Source: an uncultured Alphaproteobacteria bacterium
GTDB taxonomy: Bacteria > Pseudomonadota > Alphaproteobacteria > UBA9655
DNA length: 50,854 bases
Reading direction: 5' to 3'
NCBI GenBank assembly: GCA_905479605.1
Contig: CAJQNC010000025.1
Span: 1 to 50,854 of the forward strand
Shown: positions 38,313 through 47,199 of the stretch, piece by piece
Numbering within the stretch: position 1 is the first letter of the stretch
How the letters are laid out: each line of letters begins with the position of its first letter
The notes under the pieces: generated by a model
The model's database searches: none
What the model saw: only the letters and a program-made list of their open reading frames with translations
What the model was told of the DNA's origin: nothing
Translations under genes and position numbers: made by a program

Positions 38313-40487
38313 TTGAATAAACAAGTTGTCAAAGTCTTACTCCCGCTCCGTTTGGATGAGCCTTTTGACTACGTTGCGCCAGAGGTGCTGCAGCCTGGAT
38401 CTGTGGTCCAGGTCCCTTTGGGGAATCGTAAAAGCTTCGGGGTGGTCTGGCCCGATTCAACACCTTGTAATTTACCTATAGATAGAATCAAACCCGTCCT
38501 GGCGCATTATGATTGCCCTGCTATCCCCCAAGTATCTCTCGACTTTGTCGATTGGGCCAGTGAATACACCTTGGCTCCCAAGGGTTTGTTTCTGCGCATG
38601 ATGATTCCCATGGAAGATGGCCTGCATTCAAATAAAGCGATTCCCCTTTATGACCTCTATGAACTCAAAGGGAGAATTACCCCGCAACGGCAACAGGTCG
38701 TGGATTATCTGACTGAACACCCTTGCCGCTCGGTGGAGGATATCGAGGAGGCAACAAGCGTCAGCCGCGCTGTTATCAATGGTATGATTAAGGCTGAGCT
38801 GTTGACCATTAAAGATTTTCGTGAAGAGGCCTGCCCTTTTCAAATGCCTGATGTGAATCAATCCGGCCCGACTCTTAATGATTCACAGCAGGTGGCTGCG
38901 GATCGTCTTATTCAGAGGGTCAAAGACCACCAGTTTTCTGCAACCCTTCTCGATGGGGTGACAGGCTCGGGTAAAACCGAGGTCTACTACGAAGCCATAC
39001 TCGAGGCTCTCAAACAAGGCAAACAGTCCCTGGTGATGCTTCCTGAGATTGCTCTTAGTACCCAATGGCTGCAGCGCTTTGAAGAGCGTTTCGGTGTGAA
39101 GCCTGCCATATGGCATTCCGAACTGACTTCTGCTCAGCGCCGTATCACTTGGCGCGCTATCGTTGAGGGGAAAGCTCCAGTGGTTGTAGGAGCACGGTCA
39201 GCGCTGTTTCTGCCTTATCCAAAGCTTGGGTTGATTATCGTAGATGAAGAACACGATGGTTCGTATAAACAAGAAGAACAGGTCATTTACAATGCTCGGG
39301 ATATGGCTGTGGTGCGTGCACAAATAGGCAATCTACCGTGCGTTCTTGCCTCTGCTACACCATCTCTTGAGACGATGATCAACGTGCAGACAGCTAAGTA
39401 TGATGTTCTGCATCTGGAAAGTCGATTTGGTGGTGCGACTATGCCTGATGTGCATGTGGTCGATTTACGTACAGCCAAGTCCAAGAAAGAAGTTAGCAGT
39501 CAAAAGTGGCTCGCTGAAGACCTACGCCAAGCCCTAGCTGAGACAGTGGAACGCGGTGAGCAAGCGATGCTGTTCCTCAACCGTCGTGGTTATGCACCGC
39601 TTACATTATGTAGCGACTGTGGGGAACGATTGAAGTGTGTGAACTGCGACAGCTGGCTTGTCCATCATCAGAACTCCACCAAGCTGCAATGTCATCACTG
39701 TGGTTATTTTTCTTCCCTCCCCAATCAGTGCCCTGGTTGCGAAGAAAAAGATACCTGGGTGGCCTGTGGTCCAGGTGTAGAGAGAATTGCTGAAGAGGCA
39801 CAATCCTTCCTCCCCAAAGCTCGTCTGGGCATTCTTACCAGTGACACTATGAATACCCCCAAGAAAATGGCTGAGATCATCGGCCAGATTCAAGACCACC
39901 AGCTGGATGTATTGGTGGGAACTCAGATCATGGCGAAAGGGTATCACTTCCCTAAGCTTACGTTTGTGGGGGTAGTAGACGCTGATATTAGCCTTTCCAA
40001 CGGTGACCTGCGTGCTGCCGAAAAAACCTACCAGCTTTTGCATCAAGTTGCGGGACGATCAGGTCGAGGAGAGCTACCGGGCCACGTTTGGTTGCAAACC
40101 TATAGTCCTGAGAATCCCGTCATGCAGGCCATTTGTAAAGGTCAGCGGGATCAGTTTTTAGCCATTGAATCAGAGGAGAGAAAGAGTCATGGCTTCCCAC
40201 CGTTTGGACGATTGATCTCCATTATCATCTCGGGTAAGCATCGATACGATGTCGAGAATGCAGCAAAAGCTTTAGCGCGTGTTTTCCCCCACAATGAGTC
40301 CGTGCAACTCATGGGGCCATCGCCTGCCGCCATTGCCTTTCTTCGAGGACACACTCGTTGGCGCTTGCTTGTTAAGTCTAACCGGCGTTACCCTCTACAA
40401 AAATTTGTGAAGTCCTGGCTGTCTCAAGTCGAACTCAAGAGTAACCTGCGCTTAAAGATCGATGTGGACCCGTATAACTTTATGTAA
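38313..40487 (+). CDS. priA: Primosomal replication-restart helicase PriA
   Basis: Walker A (GVTGSGKTEVY), DEEH and a zinc-binding Cys cluster (CSDCG..CVNCD..CHHCG..CPGC). The start codon is TTG. Confidence 0.93.
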   Translation: MNKQVVKVLLPLRLDEPFDYVAPEVLQPGSVVQVPLGNRKSFGVVWPDSTPCNLPIDRIKPVLAHYDCPAIPQVSLDFVDWASEYTLAPKGLFLRMMIPMEDGLHSNKAIPLYDLYELKGRITPQRQQVVDYLTEHPCRSVEDIEEATSVSRAVINGMIKAELLTIKDFREEACPFQMPDVNQSGPTLNDSQQVAADRLIQRVKDHQFSATLLDGVTGSGKTEVYYEAILEALKQGKQSLVMLPEIALSTQWLQRFEERFGVKPAIWHSELTSAQRRITWRAIVEGKAPVVVGARSALFLPYPKLGLIIVDEEHDGSYKQEEQVIYNARDMAVVRAQIGNLPCVLASATPSLETMINVQTAKYDVLHLESRFGGATMPDVHVVDLRTAKSKKEVSSQKWLAEDLRQALAETVERGEQAMLFLNRRGYAPLTLCSDCGERLKCVNCDSWLVHHQNSTKLQCHHCGYFSSLPNQCPGCEEKDTWVACGPGVERIAEEAQSFLPKARLGILTSDTMNTPKKMAEIIGQIQDHQLDVLVGTQIMAKGYHFPKLTFVGVVDADISLSNGDLRAAEKTYQLLHQVAGRSGRGELPGHVWLQTYSPENPVMQAICKGQRDQFLAIESEERKSHGFPPFGRLISIIISGKHRYDVENAAKALARVFPHNESVQLMGPSPAAIAFLRGHTRWRLLVKSNRRYPLQKFVKSWLSQVELKSNLRLKIDVDPYNFM
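40437..40487. repeat. Direct repeat, copy 1 (priA 3' end)
   Basis: These 51 bp match 43204-43254 at a constant offset of 2767, with 4 substitutions (partner positions 43205, 43211, 43222, 43253). Confidence 0.85.
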
Positions 40488-40503
40488 TCTTATTTGGTTG
40501 CTA

Positions 40504-41103
40504 TTAACTTTCAGCAGATAAGCCATCATGCAGGGTCTTGATAACCATATTTTGATACTGAAATTCTTTTTGTGCTTTATTGTCACCACCAAAAGGTTGC
40601 AGACTAGACATGTAGGGCGCAGAAGCTGAATTAATGATGAAAAACAAAGCCAACTCTGTATCGAGATCAGGGCGCAACTTCCCTTTCTTTTTCAACTCAT
40701 CAAGGGCTCTGATCCAATGTTTAAGCTTTGCTTGATTTTTACCAAACCCACTCAATGGTTTACCACCGGCTTCAAGATTTTGCCATAGAATCATCCGTAC
40801 TACTTTTGGGTTATTGGCATAAAATTGAAAGCGGTTGCTTATTACATATCTGATGAATTCTTCCAAAGAACTGGAGGGAGCAAATTCAAAAATATCTTGC
40901 TTAAAATAGTCTTGAATCCCTGAAAGCTTTACTTCGACCCATAGCTTTTCTTTGTTTTCAAAATAATGATAGATGAGACCAAGAGGAACATTGGCAGTCT
41001 TAGCGATGGTTCGCATCGATGTTCCTGAAAACCCTTTGTCTGCAAAGCTTTCAAGAGCTGCAGAGAGAATATGTTGCTTCTTAGAATCTACCATATTTGC
41101 CAT
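40504..41103 (-). CDS. TetR/AcrR-family transcriptional regulator
   Basis: N-terminal HTH (..FADKGFSGTSMRTIAKTANVPLGLIYHYFENKEKLW..). Confidence 0.88.
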   Translation of the reverse strand: MANMVDSKKQHILSAALESFADKGFSGTSMRTIAKTANVPLGLIYHYFENKEKLWVEVKLSGIQDYFKQDIFEFAPSSSLEEFIRYVISNRFQFYANNPKVVRMILWQNLEAGGKPLSGFGKNQAKLKHWIRALDELKKKGKLRPDLDTELALFFIINSASAPYMSSLQPFGGDNKAQKEFQYQNMVIKTLHDGLSAES

Positions 41104-41141
41104 TCAATTTATCTCTTCTGGAGTTGAGTATTAACATAAGC

Positions 41142-41155
41142 TGAACACTCGTTCA
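41142..41155. promoter_or_regulatory. Putative TetR operator O1 (overlaps the -35 of the tetR promoter)
   Basis: TGAAC-ACTC-GTTCA is an inverted repeat. On the minus strand TTGAAC (41151-41156), a 17-nt spacer and TAATAC (41128-41133) form a sigma70-like promoter. Confidence 0.45.
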
Positions 41156-41190
41156 AATATTTCTTGACAATGGGCCAGGAAAAGTAATAT

Positions 41191-41204
41191 TGAACATATG
41201 TTCA
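41191..41204. promoter_or_regulatory. Putative TetR operator O2 (perfect palindrome abutting the -10 of the transporter promoter)
   Basis: TGAACATATGTTCA is a perfect 14-bp palindrome. It is preceded by TTGACA (41164-41169) and TAATAT (41185-41190). Confidence 0.5.
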
Positions 41205-41266
41205 GGTTTAAAAATGATATTATACCCATTAAATATTGGTAATAAATAGTATCGACTAAATTAGAC

Positions 41267-41280
41267 TGAACAAACGATCA
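41267..41280. promoter_or_regulatory. Degenerate third operator-like site
   Basis: TGAACAAACGATCA: one half-site is conserved and the other is degenerate. Confidence 0.25.
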
Positions 41281-41308
41281 TGTATGGTTTGATAGTTAAG
41301 GAAAAGAT

Positions 41309-43195
41309 ATGATGACGACAAAACACATCGCAATTGCAACTCTAAGCTCACTCATTTTTGGTATGAATATGGTTGCTAGTAAGTTTGGGGTTGAACATTT
41401 TCCACCCTTACTTTTTTCTGCACTTCGATTTCTTTGTGTAACGCCGCTAGTGTTCTTGTTGCCAAGGCCCAAAGTTGCTTTTTCTGGCCTGCTTGCCCTA
41501 ACCATGGCTTGGGGCGCGGTTTATATTGGCGGGCTAAATCTAGCGCTTGCAATGGGGCTTTCAGCGGGAACAGCCGTGTTGATTTTACAATTAGGTAATT
41601 TGGTGACAATGATTGCTGGATACTATGTATTTTCAACCCAATCTCAAGCTTCGCAAATTGTGGGCACTTGTATTGCTTTAGTAGGAATAGCTTTCGTTTG
41701 CCTTGTGCCTGATTATGAATGCAACATGATAGCTTTCTGCACCATATTGATAGCCGCTTTATCTTACAGTATGGGGGTGATTATCTGCAAAAAACTACAG
41801 GCAGAACCAGTTTCATTAAATGTATGGGGTGCAGCTCTGTCCTTTCTACCCATCTTTATCTTATCACTGATCTTTGAAGGAGACCCTGTTTCAATCACAT
41901 TACATGCGAATTTGGAAGCGTGGGTGAGTGTTATATTCGCAGGTCTAATTTCAACATTTCTAGGTGGTATACTTTGGGCGCATGTTATCCGGCAATGTGA
42001 TATAAGTCATGTGGTTCCATTCCGACTTCTTATACCTGTATTTGGGTTATGGTTTTCGGCTTTGTTCCTAAACGAGTCACTATTGTGGCAGAAAGTTGCA
42101 GGGGCCGGACTGGTCATCGGAGGACTTGCAATTGCTCAATTCAGTGGGATTTTATCCTCTAAATTGCAGATCTTAAAGGTAAAGCCTTTTTCCTTAATTG
42201 CCATACTTACCATGTCACTTAGTATACTCACGGGTACAGTTTTCGCCGAGTCTCCAAAAGTTATCCCTGTCGCCGTAATAGGAAGTGGATGTGCTGGATT
42301 AAGCGCAGCGTACGTGACTGGTGAAGAAGGTATCGAGACAGTTGTGTTTGAAGGCCCGAAGCTTGGGGGTGATTTGAACGTAAAAACAATAGTCGGTAAC
42401 TGGATGGGGGTTAGTACCAAATATGGTAACAAAATTATGCCCGATGTGATTGACAAGGCGAAGAAGTATGGGGCTAGGTTTGTTAGTACGGGCATAGTAT
42501 CTGTTGATTTTTCCAAAGTGCCTTATGTCTTGGTTGATTCGAAAGGTGATAGGTACCTTGCTAATAAAGTCGTGATTGCAACTTGTACCAAAGAAAAAAC
42601 ATGGAATGTTCCTGGTACACAGGAATGCAAAGCCAATATTTATCATAATAGCAACGTTTATGATGATTATTCCAAGTTTAAAAAGGATATGCGAGGCAAA
42701 TCTGTAGCCATCGTCGGTGGTGCAGTTGATGCCATGAAGAAGGCGGCATATGCATATATGGCAGGTGCAAAAGAGGTTCGAATCTTTGTAAGAGGTGATA
42801 GATTACGATTACCTGAATGGCGCCAGAAATATCTCGACAAGCTCTCAGCTAAAGTCAGTATTCAGCATGAGCAAACGGTCGAGAAAGTAAATAGTCTGGC
42901 AGATGGTAAGGTGAGGTTGTGCTTTCACAGTGGTGGTACATATGATGCAGATAAAGTCATTGTGAGTATTGGAAGAGAATCAAGAAGTGAAGTGTTTAAA
43001 CCTTATCTCGAGACCAATAAAAGAGGACAAATTGTAGTGAATGGTAAAACCTTAAAGACATCATTGTCTGGTGTCTATGCCTGCGGGGATGTGACTGACG
43101 CCGTTGGTCCAGAACCCCAAGCGATGATTGCTGCAGGGCAGGGCATGATTGTAGGTTATATGATAGTACAGGATATAAAGAAAGCTCAACCCTAA
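41309..43195 (+). CDS. Fusion ORF: EamA/DMT permease (about 10 TM) + extra hydrophobic segment + thioredoxin-reductase-like FAD flavoprotein lacking CxxC
   Basis: It is one uninterrupted 628-codon ORF. The N-terminal half has DMT-type hydrophobic segments. The C-terminal half has VAVIGSGCAGLSAAY (FAD GxGxxG), VAIVGGAVDAMKKA and GVYACGDV. The CATC redox motif is replaced by HNSNVYDD. Confidence 0.7.
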   Translation: MMTTKHIAIATLSSLIFGMNMVASKFGVEHFPPLLFSALRFLCVTPLVFLLPRPKVAFSGLLALTMAWGAVYIGGLNLALAMGLSAGTAVLILQLGNLVTMIAGYYVFSTQSQASQIVGTCIALVGIAFVCLVPDYECNMIAFCTILIAALSYSMGVIICKKLQAEPVSLNVWGAALSFLPIFILSLIFEGDPVSITLHANLEAWVSVIFAGLISTFLGGILWAHVIRQCDISHVVPFRLLIPVFGLWFSALFLNESLLWQKVAGAGLVIGGLAIAQFSGILSSKLQILKVKPFSLIAILTMSLSILTGTVFAESPKVIPVAVIGSGCAGLSAAYVTGEEGIETVVFEGPKLGGDLNVKTIVGNWMGVSTKYGNKIMPDVIDKAKKYGARFVSTGIVSVDFSKVPYVLVDSKGDRYLANKVVIATCTKEKTWNVPGTQECKANIYHNSNVYDDYSKFKKDMRGKSVAIVGGAVDAMKKAAYAYMAGAKEVRIFVRGDRLRLPEWRQKYLDKLSAKVSIQHEQTVEKVNSLADGKVRLCFHSGGTYDADKVIVSIGRESRSEVFKPYLETNKRGQIVVNGKTLKTSLSGVYACGDVTDAVGPEPQAMIAAGQGMIVGYMIVQDIKKAQP

Positions 43196-43203
43196 CCATT
43201 CGA

Positions 43204-43254
43204 AGGAGTAGCCTGCGCTTACAGATCGATGTGGACCCGTATAACTTTATGTGA
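43204..43254 (+). pseudogene. Displaced 3' remnant of priA (last 16 codons + stop)
   Basis: It reads RSSLRLQIDVDPYNFM* (TGA). Intact priA reads KSNLRLKIDVDPYNFM* (TAA). Confidence 0.8.
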
Positions 43255-43310
43255 GAGATTGATCAAGTTGACTATAGAATTTGATCGACTTTATCTGAAA
43301 AGGAAAAAGT

Positions 43311-44165
43311 ATGCGCACTCTTAAAGTCTTTTTCAAAAGCATTCTAAGAAGCTTTGATAATGGGTTATTGGAAACATCTGGTTATGTTGCATACACAAGC
43401 CTTGTTTCATTCTTTCCTTTTATGATTTTATTGATTTCCATTGCCTCACTTTTTGGGCAAACAGAACAAGTAGAATATCTCATATATCAGGTTCAAATTC
43501 TTCTTCCTCACGAGGTCACGGATGTCGTTATGCCAATCGTCGAATCACTTTTTAAAAGCCCGAAAGTATCTCTTATTACATTTTCAATTGTTGGTCTCTT
43601 ATGGGCTTCTGTTTCGGGGCTGGAGGCTCTCCGATTCGGACTAAATAGAGCCTATGAACTGGTCGAGAAACGGCCTATTTACATAAGGTATTCTCAGAAT
43701 CTGCTCGCAATCATTATAATACTTACAAACATAATCGTGTTTGGAATGGCATTCGTCGTTGTTCCTGTCCTCTATCACTACCTCCCAGAGATTGGTGATG
43801 CATTTGAATTCATAAACCCAATGGTTGAGACTTTAGAGTCGTTTGATTTTGTTGGTTGGGACTATATCTTGTTTGTAGCTATAGCTTCTATTATATTTTC
43901 GGCATTCTACTACTACATTCCAAATCATAAGAAACGGCTTAAACTTATTTTTCCGGGATCACTCCTCGCTGCCTTCTTGTGTGCGACATTCTCTAGTTTA
44001 TTCTCATATTATATTTCGAATTTTACCAGTTATACCGCTATCTATAATACTCTAGCCGATGTGCTTGTCTTGTTGCTGTTTTTACAGTTTAGCTTGTATT
44101 TTTTCTTCTTGGGCGCGCAGTTTATTCAAGAGTTAGAAGTGTATAAGTCTTCAAAGATTAACTAA
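43311..44165 (+). CDS. YihY/BrkB-family membrane protein (formerly 'RNase BN')
   Basis: ..GYVAYTSLVSFFPFMILLISI.. and 6 TM helices. 284 aa. Confidence 0.75.
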   Translation: MRTLKVFFKSILRSFDNGLLETSGYVAYTSLVSFFPFMILLISIASLFGQTEQVEYLIYQVQILLPHEVTDVVMPIVESLFKSPKVSLITFSIVGLLWASVSGLEALRFGLNRAYELVEKRPIYIRYSQNLLAIIIILTNIIVFGMAFVVVPVLYHYLPEIGDAFEFINPMVETLESFDFVGWDYILFVAIASIIFSAFYYYIPNHKKRLKLIFPGSLLAAFLCATFSSLFSYYISNFTSYTAIYNTLADVLVLLLFLQFSLYFFFLGAQFIQELEVYKSSKIN

Positions 44166-44204
44166 CAAAATGTCTCTGCTGTTTTTGAGCGGGTGGAATT
44201 GAAC

Positions 44205-46028
44205 CTATGAGACCATCCTTTCACTGGAAGAGTTTGCTGCAATGATATCTAAGAAAGTATCCCCATACTTTTGGATTTTTACAGCGCCAAAACCTTTAAT
44301 ATTATGGAGTTCGTCCTTAGATGAAGGCCGCTTACTAGCGAGTTCATGAAGACTACGATCCGAAAGAATAATGTATGGCGGCAGTTGCATAGACTGCGCC
44401 ATTTGCAGGCGCTTTTCCCGCATGAGCTGGAACAATGTTTGGTCTGATTCATTGGCAAAGGTCATAGGTTCTTTGGGTTCTTTAACGGCTGATGGTGTGG
44501 GTGGCTTTTCATCTAACCGCATCATAATTGTGCTGCGTTCTTTCAGAACTTGACGCCCCTTAATAGTGAGCTTGATCCCACCATGAGCTGCGATATCCAC
44601 CATGAGTAAGTTCAGGGATATCAACTGCCGAAAGATATTTTGCCACTGGAACTTATCGAGATCCGTGCCAATACCAAACGTGCTGATCTGATCATGTCGG
44701 AAGCGTTTGATCCGATCATCATCTTTTCCTAAAAGGACATCAATAAGATAGGCCAAACCGAATCGTTGTTCTGTGCGATACACACAGGACATAGCCTTTT
44801 GTGCAGGGATTGTTCCATCGAACATCTCCGGCGGGTTATCGCAGTTATCACAATTTTTACACGGCTCACTTTCATCACCAAAGTAGGTTAAAAGGACTTG
44901 TCTGCGACAGCATGCCGCCTCACAAAGGGTGAGTAGTGATGAAAGTTTTTGATGTTCAATACGCTTCTGCTGTTCCGGTGCATTGGAATCGTCGATGAGA
45001 GATCGTTGTCGAGCAACATCACTAATCCCAAATAACATGAGTGCATTGGCTGGTAATCCATCCCGTCCGGCGCGTCCTGTTTCTTGATAGTAAGCTTCGA
45101 TGTTTTTTGGAGTCGACAGGTGGACGACAAAGCGCACATCTGGTTTATCAATTCCCATACCAAAAGCAATGGTGGCAACCATCACCACGCTTTCTTCATA
45201 TAAGAATGCCTTCTGGTTTTCAGTGCGTTCTTCCCGAGGCAAGCCCGCATGATAGGGCAGTGCTTTAATACCCTTCCCCCTCAGCCAAATTACAGTTTCA
45301 TCCACCAACTTTCGGGTGCCGCAATAGACAATGCCGCAAACATCGGGGTGCTCTGTTTTAATGAAATTAAGCAGTTGTTCCTTAGGCCGATTCTTTGGCA
45401 AAATACTGTAGTGAATATTGGGCCGGTCAAAACCACCCATAAAGATCTTCCCTTGGTCAAGGTGCAGCCTCTCAACAATATCCTTGCGAGTTGGCACATC
45501 AGCCGTAGCAGTCAACGCTATGCGGGGGATCTCGGGAAAGAGCTCACTGAGAACAGAGAGCTGGGTGTAGTGTGGCCTGAAGTCATGACCCCATTGAGAG
45601 ACACAATGGGCTTCATCAATGGCAAAGAGGGAAATCTTTACAGTCTTGAGGCTATGTAAAAAACCTTCCATGAGTAGCCGCTCAGGAGCGACATAAAGGA
45701 GGTCCAATTCATTGTTCTGCAATGCTTGCTGGGCTTGTGACACGGCATGTAAGTCCATATTGGAATTAATCGCTGCAGCCTTAACACCCAGCTGAGACAA
45801 TGCTTCCACCTGGTCCTGCATGAGAGCCACCAGTGGCGAAACGATGATGCCCACCCCATCCATACAAATCGCAGGGATCTGATAACACAAAGATTTCCCA
45901 CTACCTGTCGGCATGAGGACAAAAGCATTTTGTCCCGACATCACATGACTTATGATTTCCTCCTGCTGACCGCGGAAGCTATCGTAGCCATACACTTCCT
46001 TCAAAACATCAGTAGGATTTAGAGTCAT
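44205..46028 (-). CDS. recQ: ATP-dependent DNA helicase RecQ
   Basis: ..FRGQQEEII.., PTGSGKSLCYQ, DEAHCVSQWGHDFRP, a zinc-binding Cys cluster and a C-terminal HRDC domain. I chose the start at M12 (AGAGAGG Shine-Dalgarno). Confidence 0.93.
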   Translation of the reverse strand: MTLNPTDVLKEVYGYDSFRGQQEEIISHVMSGQNAFVLMPTGSGKSLCYQIPAICMDGVGIIVSPLVALMQDQVEALSQLGVKAAAINSNMDLHAVSQAQQALQNNELDLLYVAPERLLMEGFLHSLKTVKISLFAIDEAHCVSQWGHDFRPHYTQLSVLSELFPEIPRIALTATADVPTRKDIVERLHLDQGKIFMGGFDRPNIHYSILPKNRPKEQLLNFIKTEHPDVCGIVYCGTRKLVDETVIWLRGKGIKALPYHAGLPREERTENQKAFLYEESVVMVATIAFGMGIDKPDVRFVVHLSTPKNIEAYYQETGRAGRDGLPANALMLFGISDVARQRSLIDDSNAPEQQKRIEHQKLSSLLTLCEAACCRRQVLLTYFGDESEPCKNCDNCDNPPEMFDGTIPAQKAMSCVYRTEQRFGLAYLIDVLLGKDDDRIKRFRHDQISTFGIGTDLDKFQWQNIFRQLISLNLLMVDIAAHGGIKLTIKGRQVLKERSTIMMRLDEKPPTPSAVKEPKEPMTFANESDQTLFQLMREKRLQMAQSMQLPPYIILSDRSLHELASKRPSSKDELHNIKGFGAVKIQKYGDTFLDIIAANSSSERMVS

Positions 46029-46091
46029 GTTGCCTCTCTGAGAATAGTGCCTTCGGAGCACACTAGTGTATGTTGGGGGATATGGGAACCC

Positions 46092-47096
46092 TTAGTGGTT
46101 CTCCAACAACCATGAAGGGTTTTTCGGGGCAGGAGCATCTTGTGAAATCAGCTTCCGCAGGGTGACTTCCTGATACAGAGTGCGTGCCAAAGTATCCAAT
46201 AGCTGTCCTAGATCCCCGTCTAAGTCGTTCTTATCCAAGGGGTAAGCTGGGCCAGCTGCATCAAAACTAAAGCCCCGGAAACCTTTGTTATTAAATAGAG
46301 TTTCAACGACTAATTTTTGCCGCAAAATGTGCGGATTGCTCGAGATGATAAGGCATAATCCAGGCTTGACCTGGTGTTGGTCGATCCAGCCAACAACAGT
46401 ATCACCTGTATCGCTGCGGGTCGTGCCTTTCCTCTTAGAAGCTTGAATAAATATAGGCTTTGCTTTTCGTAGTTTCGGGTCTAGTAACATCTGATCCCAT
46501 AAGAATTCAGGGATATCTAATTCATTTTTGGGGAGCTCCTTGGGAGTAACCCAACCTTGCCGAACAGGGTATTCAGGTGATGGATTCATAAAGGCTTCTG
46601 AGGTTTCAGAGTCAAATAACGGGCGATCACCCACTAAGAATACAATCTGTGTTTGATCGGTAACATTTAAATTACCGGTAGCAACCAAGTCATTTAAAAA
46701 TTTGATACGATAACGCTGGTTCATCACAGTTGATCCCATGACCAGTATATAGTTCGGTGTCGAGGAATGAGGATAAATGGCCCTAACAAATTCTAGATTA
46801 TCAAAGTCAGTTAGAAGGTCCTCCTTACTTTTTTTCGAGAGGCCACCCAGAAGTTGTTGGTAAAACTTTTTAGTTTCTAATGTGTCGCGTTCAGCATTCT
46901 TTGGTCTCAGGAAGCGACTCTGTGCATACTGATTGTACTTATTAAGGTTTGGTTCATCACCTAGGGCTTGATCGAAGATACTAAAGATCTCGACAACGGT
47001 TTGGCTTGGTTTTCCAGATGAATCTAAAACCTCTGCGATACAGGGAAAGAAGCCTAGGGTTAGGCAAAGAATAAGGCTGAGAATATTACGAATCAC
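46092..47096 (-). CDS. Secreted/anchored hypothetical protein (possible distant DUF218/YdcF-like fold)
   Basis: N-terminal hydrophobic signal. The block order ILVMGS.., IVFLVGDRPL.., ..TTRSDTGDT.., LIISSNPHILRQ echoes the DUF218 blocks seen in the 8977-9591 product. The resemblance is pattern-level only. Confidence 0.4.
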   Translation of the reverse strand: MIRNILSLILCLTLGFFPCIAEVLDSSGKPSQTVVEIFSIFDQALGDEPNLNKYNQYAQSRFLRPKNAERDTLETKKFYQQLLGGLSKKSKEDLLTDFDNLEFVRAIYPHSSTPNYILVMGSTVMNQRYRIKFLNDLVATGNLNVTDQTQIVFLVGDRPLFDSETSEAFMNPSPEYPVRQGWVTPKELPKNELDIPEFLWDQMLLDPKLRKAKPIFIQASKRKGTTRSDTGDTVVGWIDQHQVKPGLCLIISSNPHILRQKLVVETLFNNKGFRGFSFDAAGPAYPLDKNDLDGDLGQLLDTLARTLYQEVTLRKLISQDAPAPKNPSWLLENH

Positions 47097-47199
47097 TTTG
47101 GATCTCCCTAAATAGATTGCAATTGAATTTTTATATCCCTATCTATGTAGCAAGAGCAACTGATTTGCTCTTATAGCTATATATTAAGGAGATTATATT

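Noticed and set aside
41214-41249. An 11-codon mini-ORF (MILYPLNIGNK*) in the leader of the transporter-flavoprotein gene as a possible leader peptide.
   Set aside because: It has no Shine-Dalgarno and no obvious attenuator structure coupled to it. It is too short and AT-rich to distinguish from chance.
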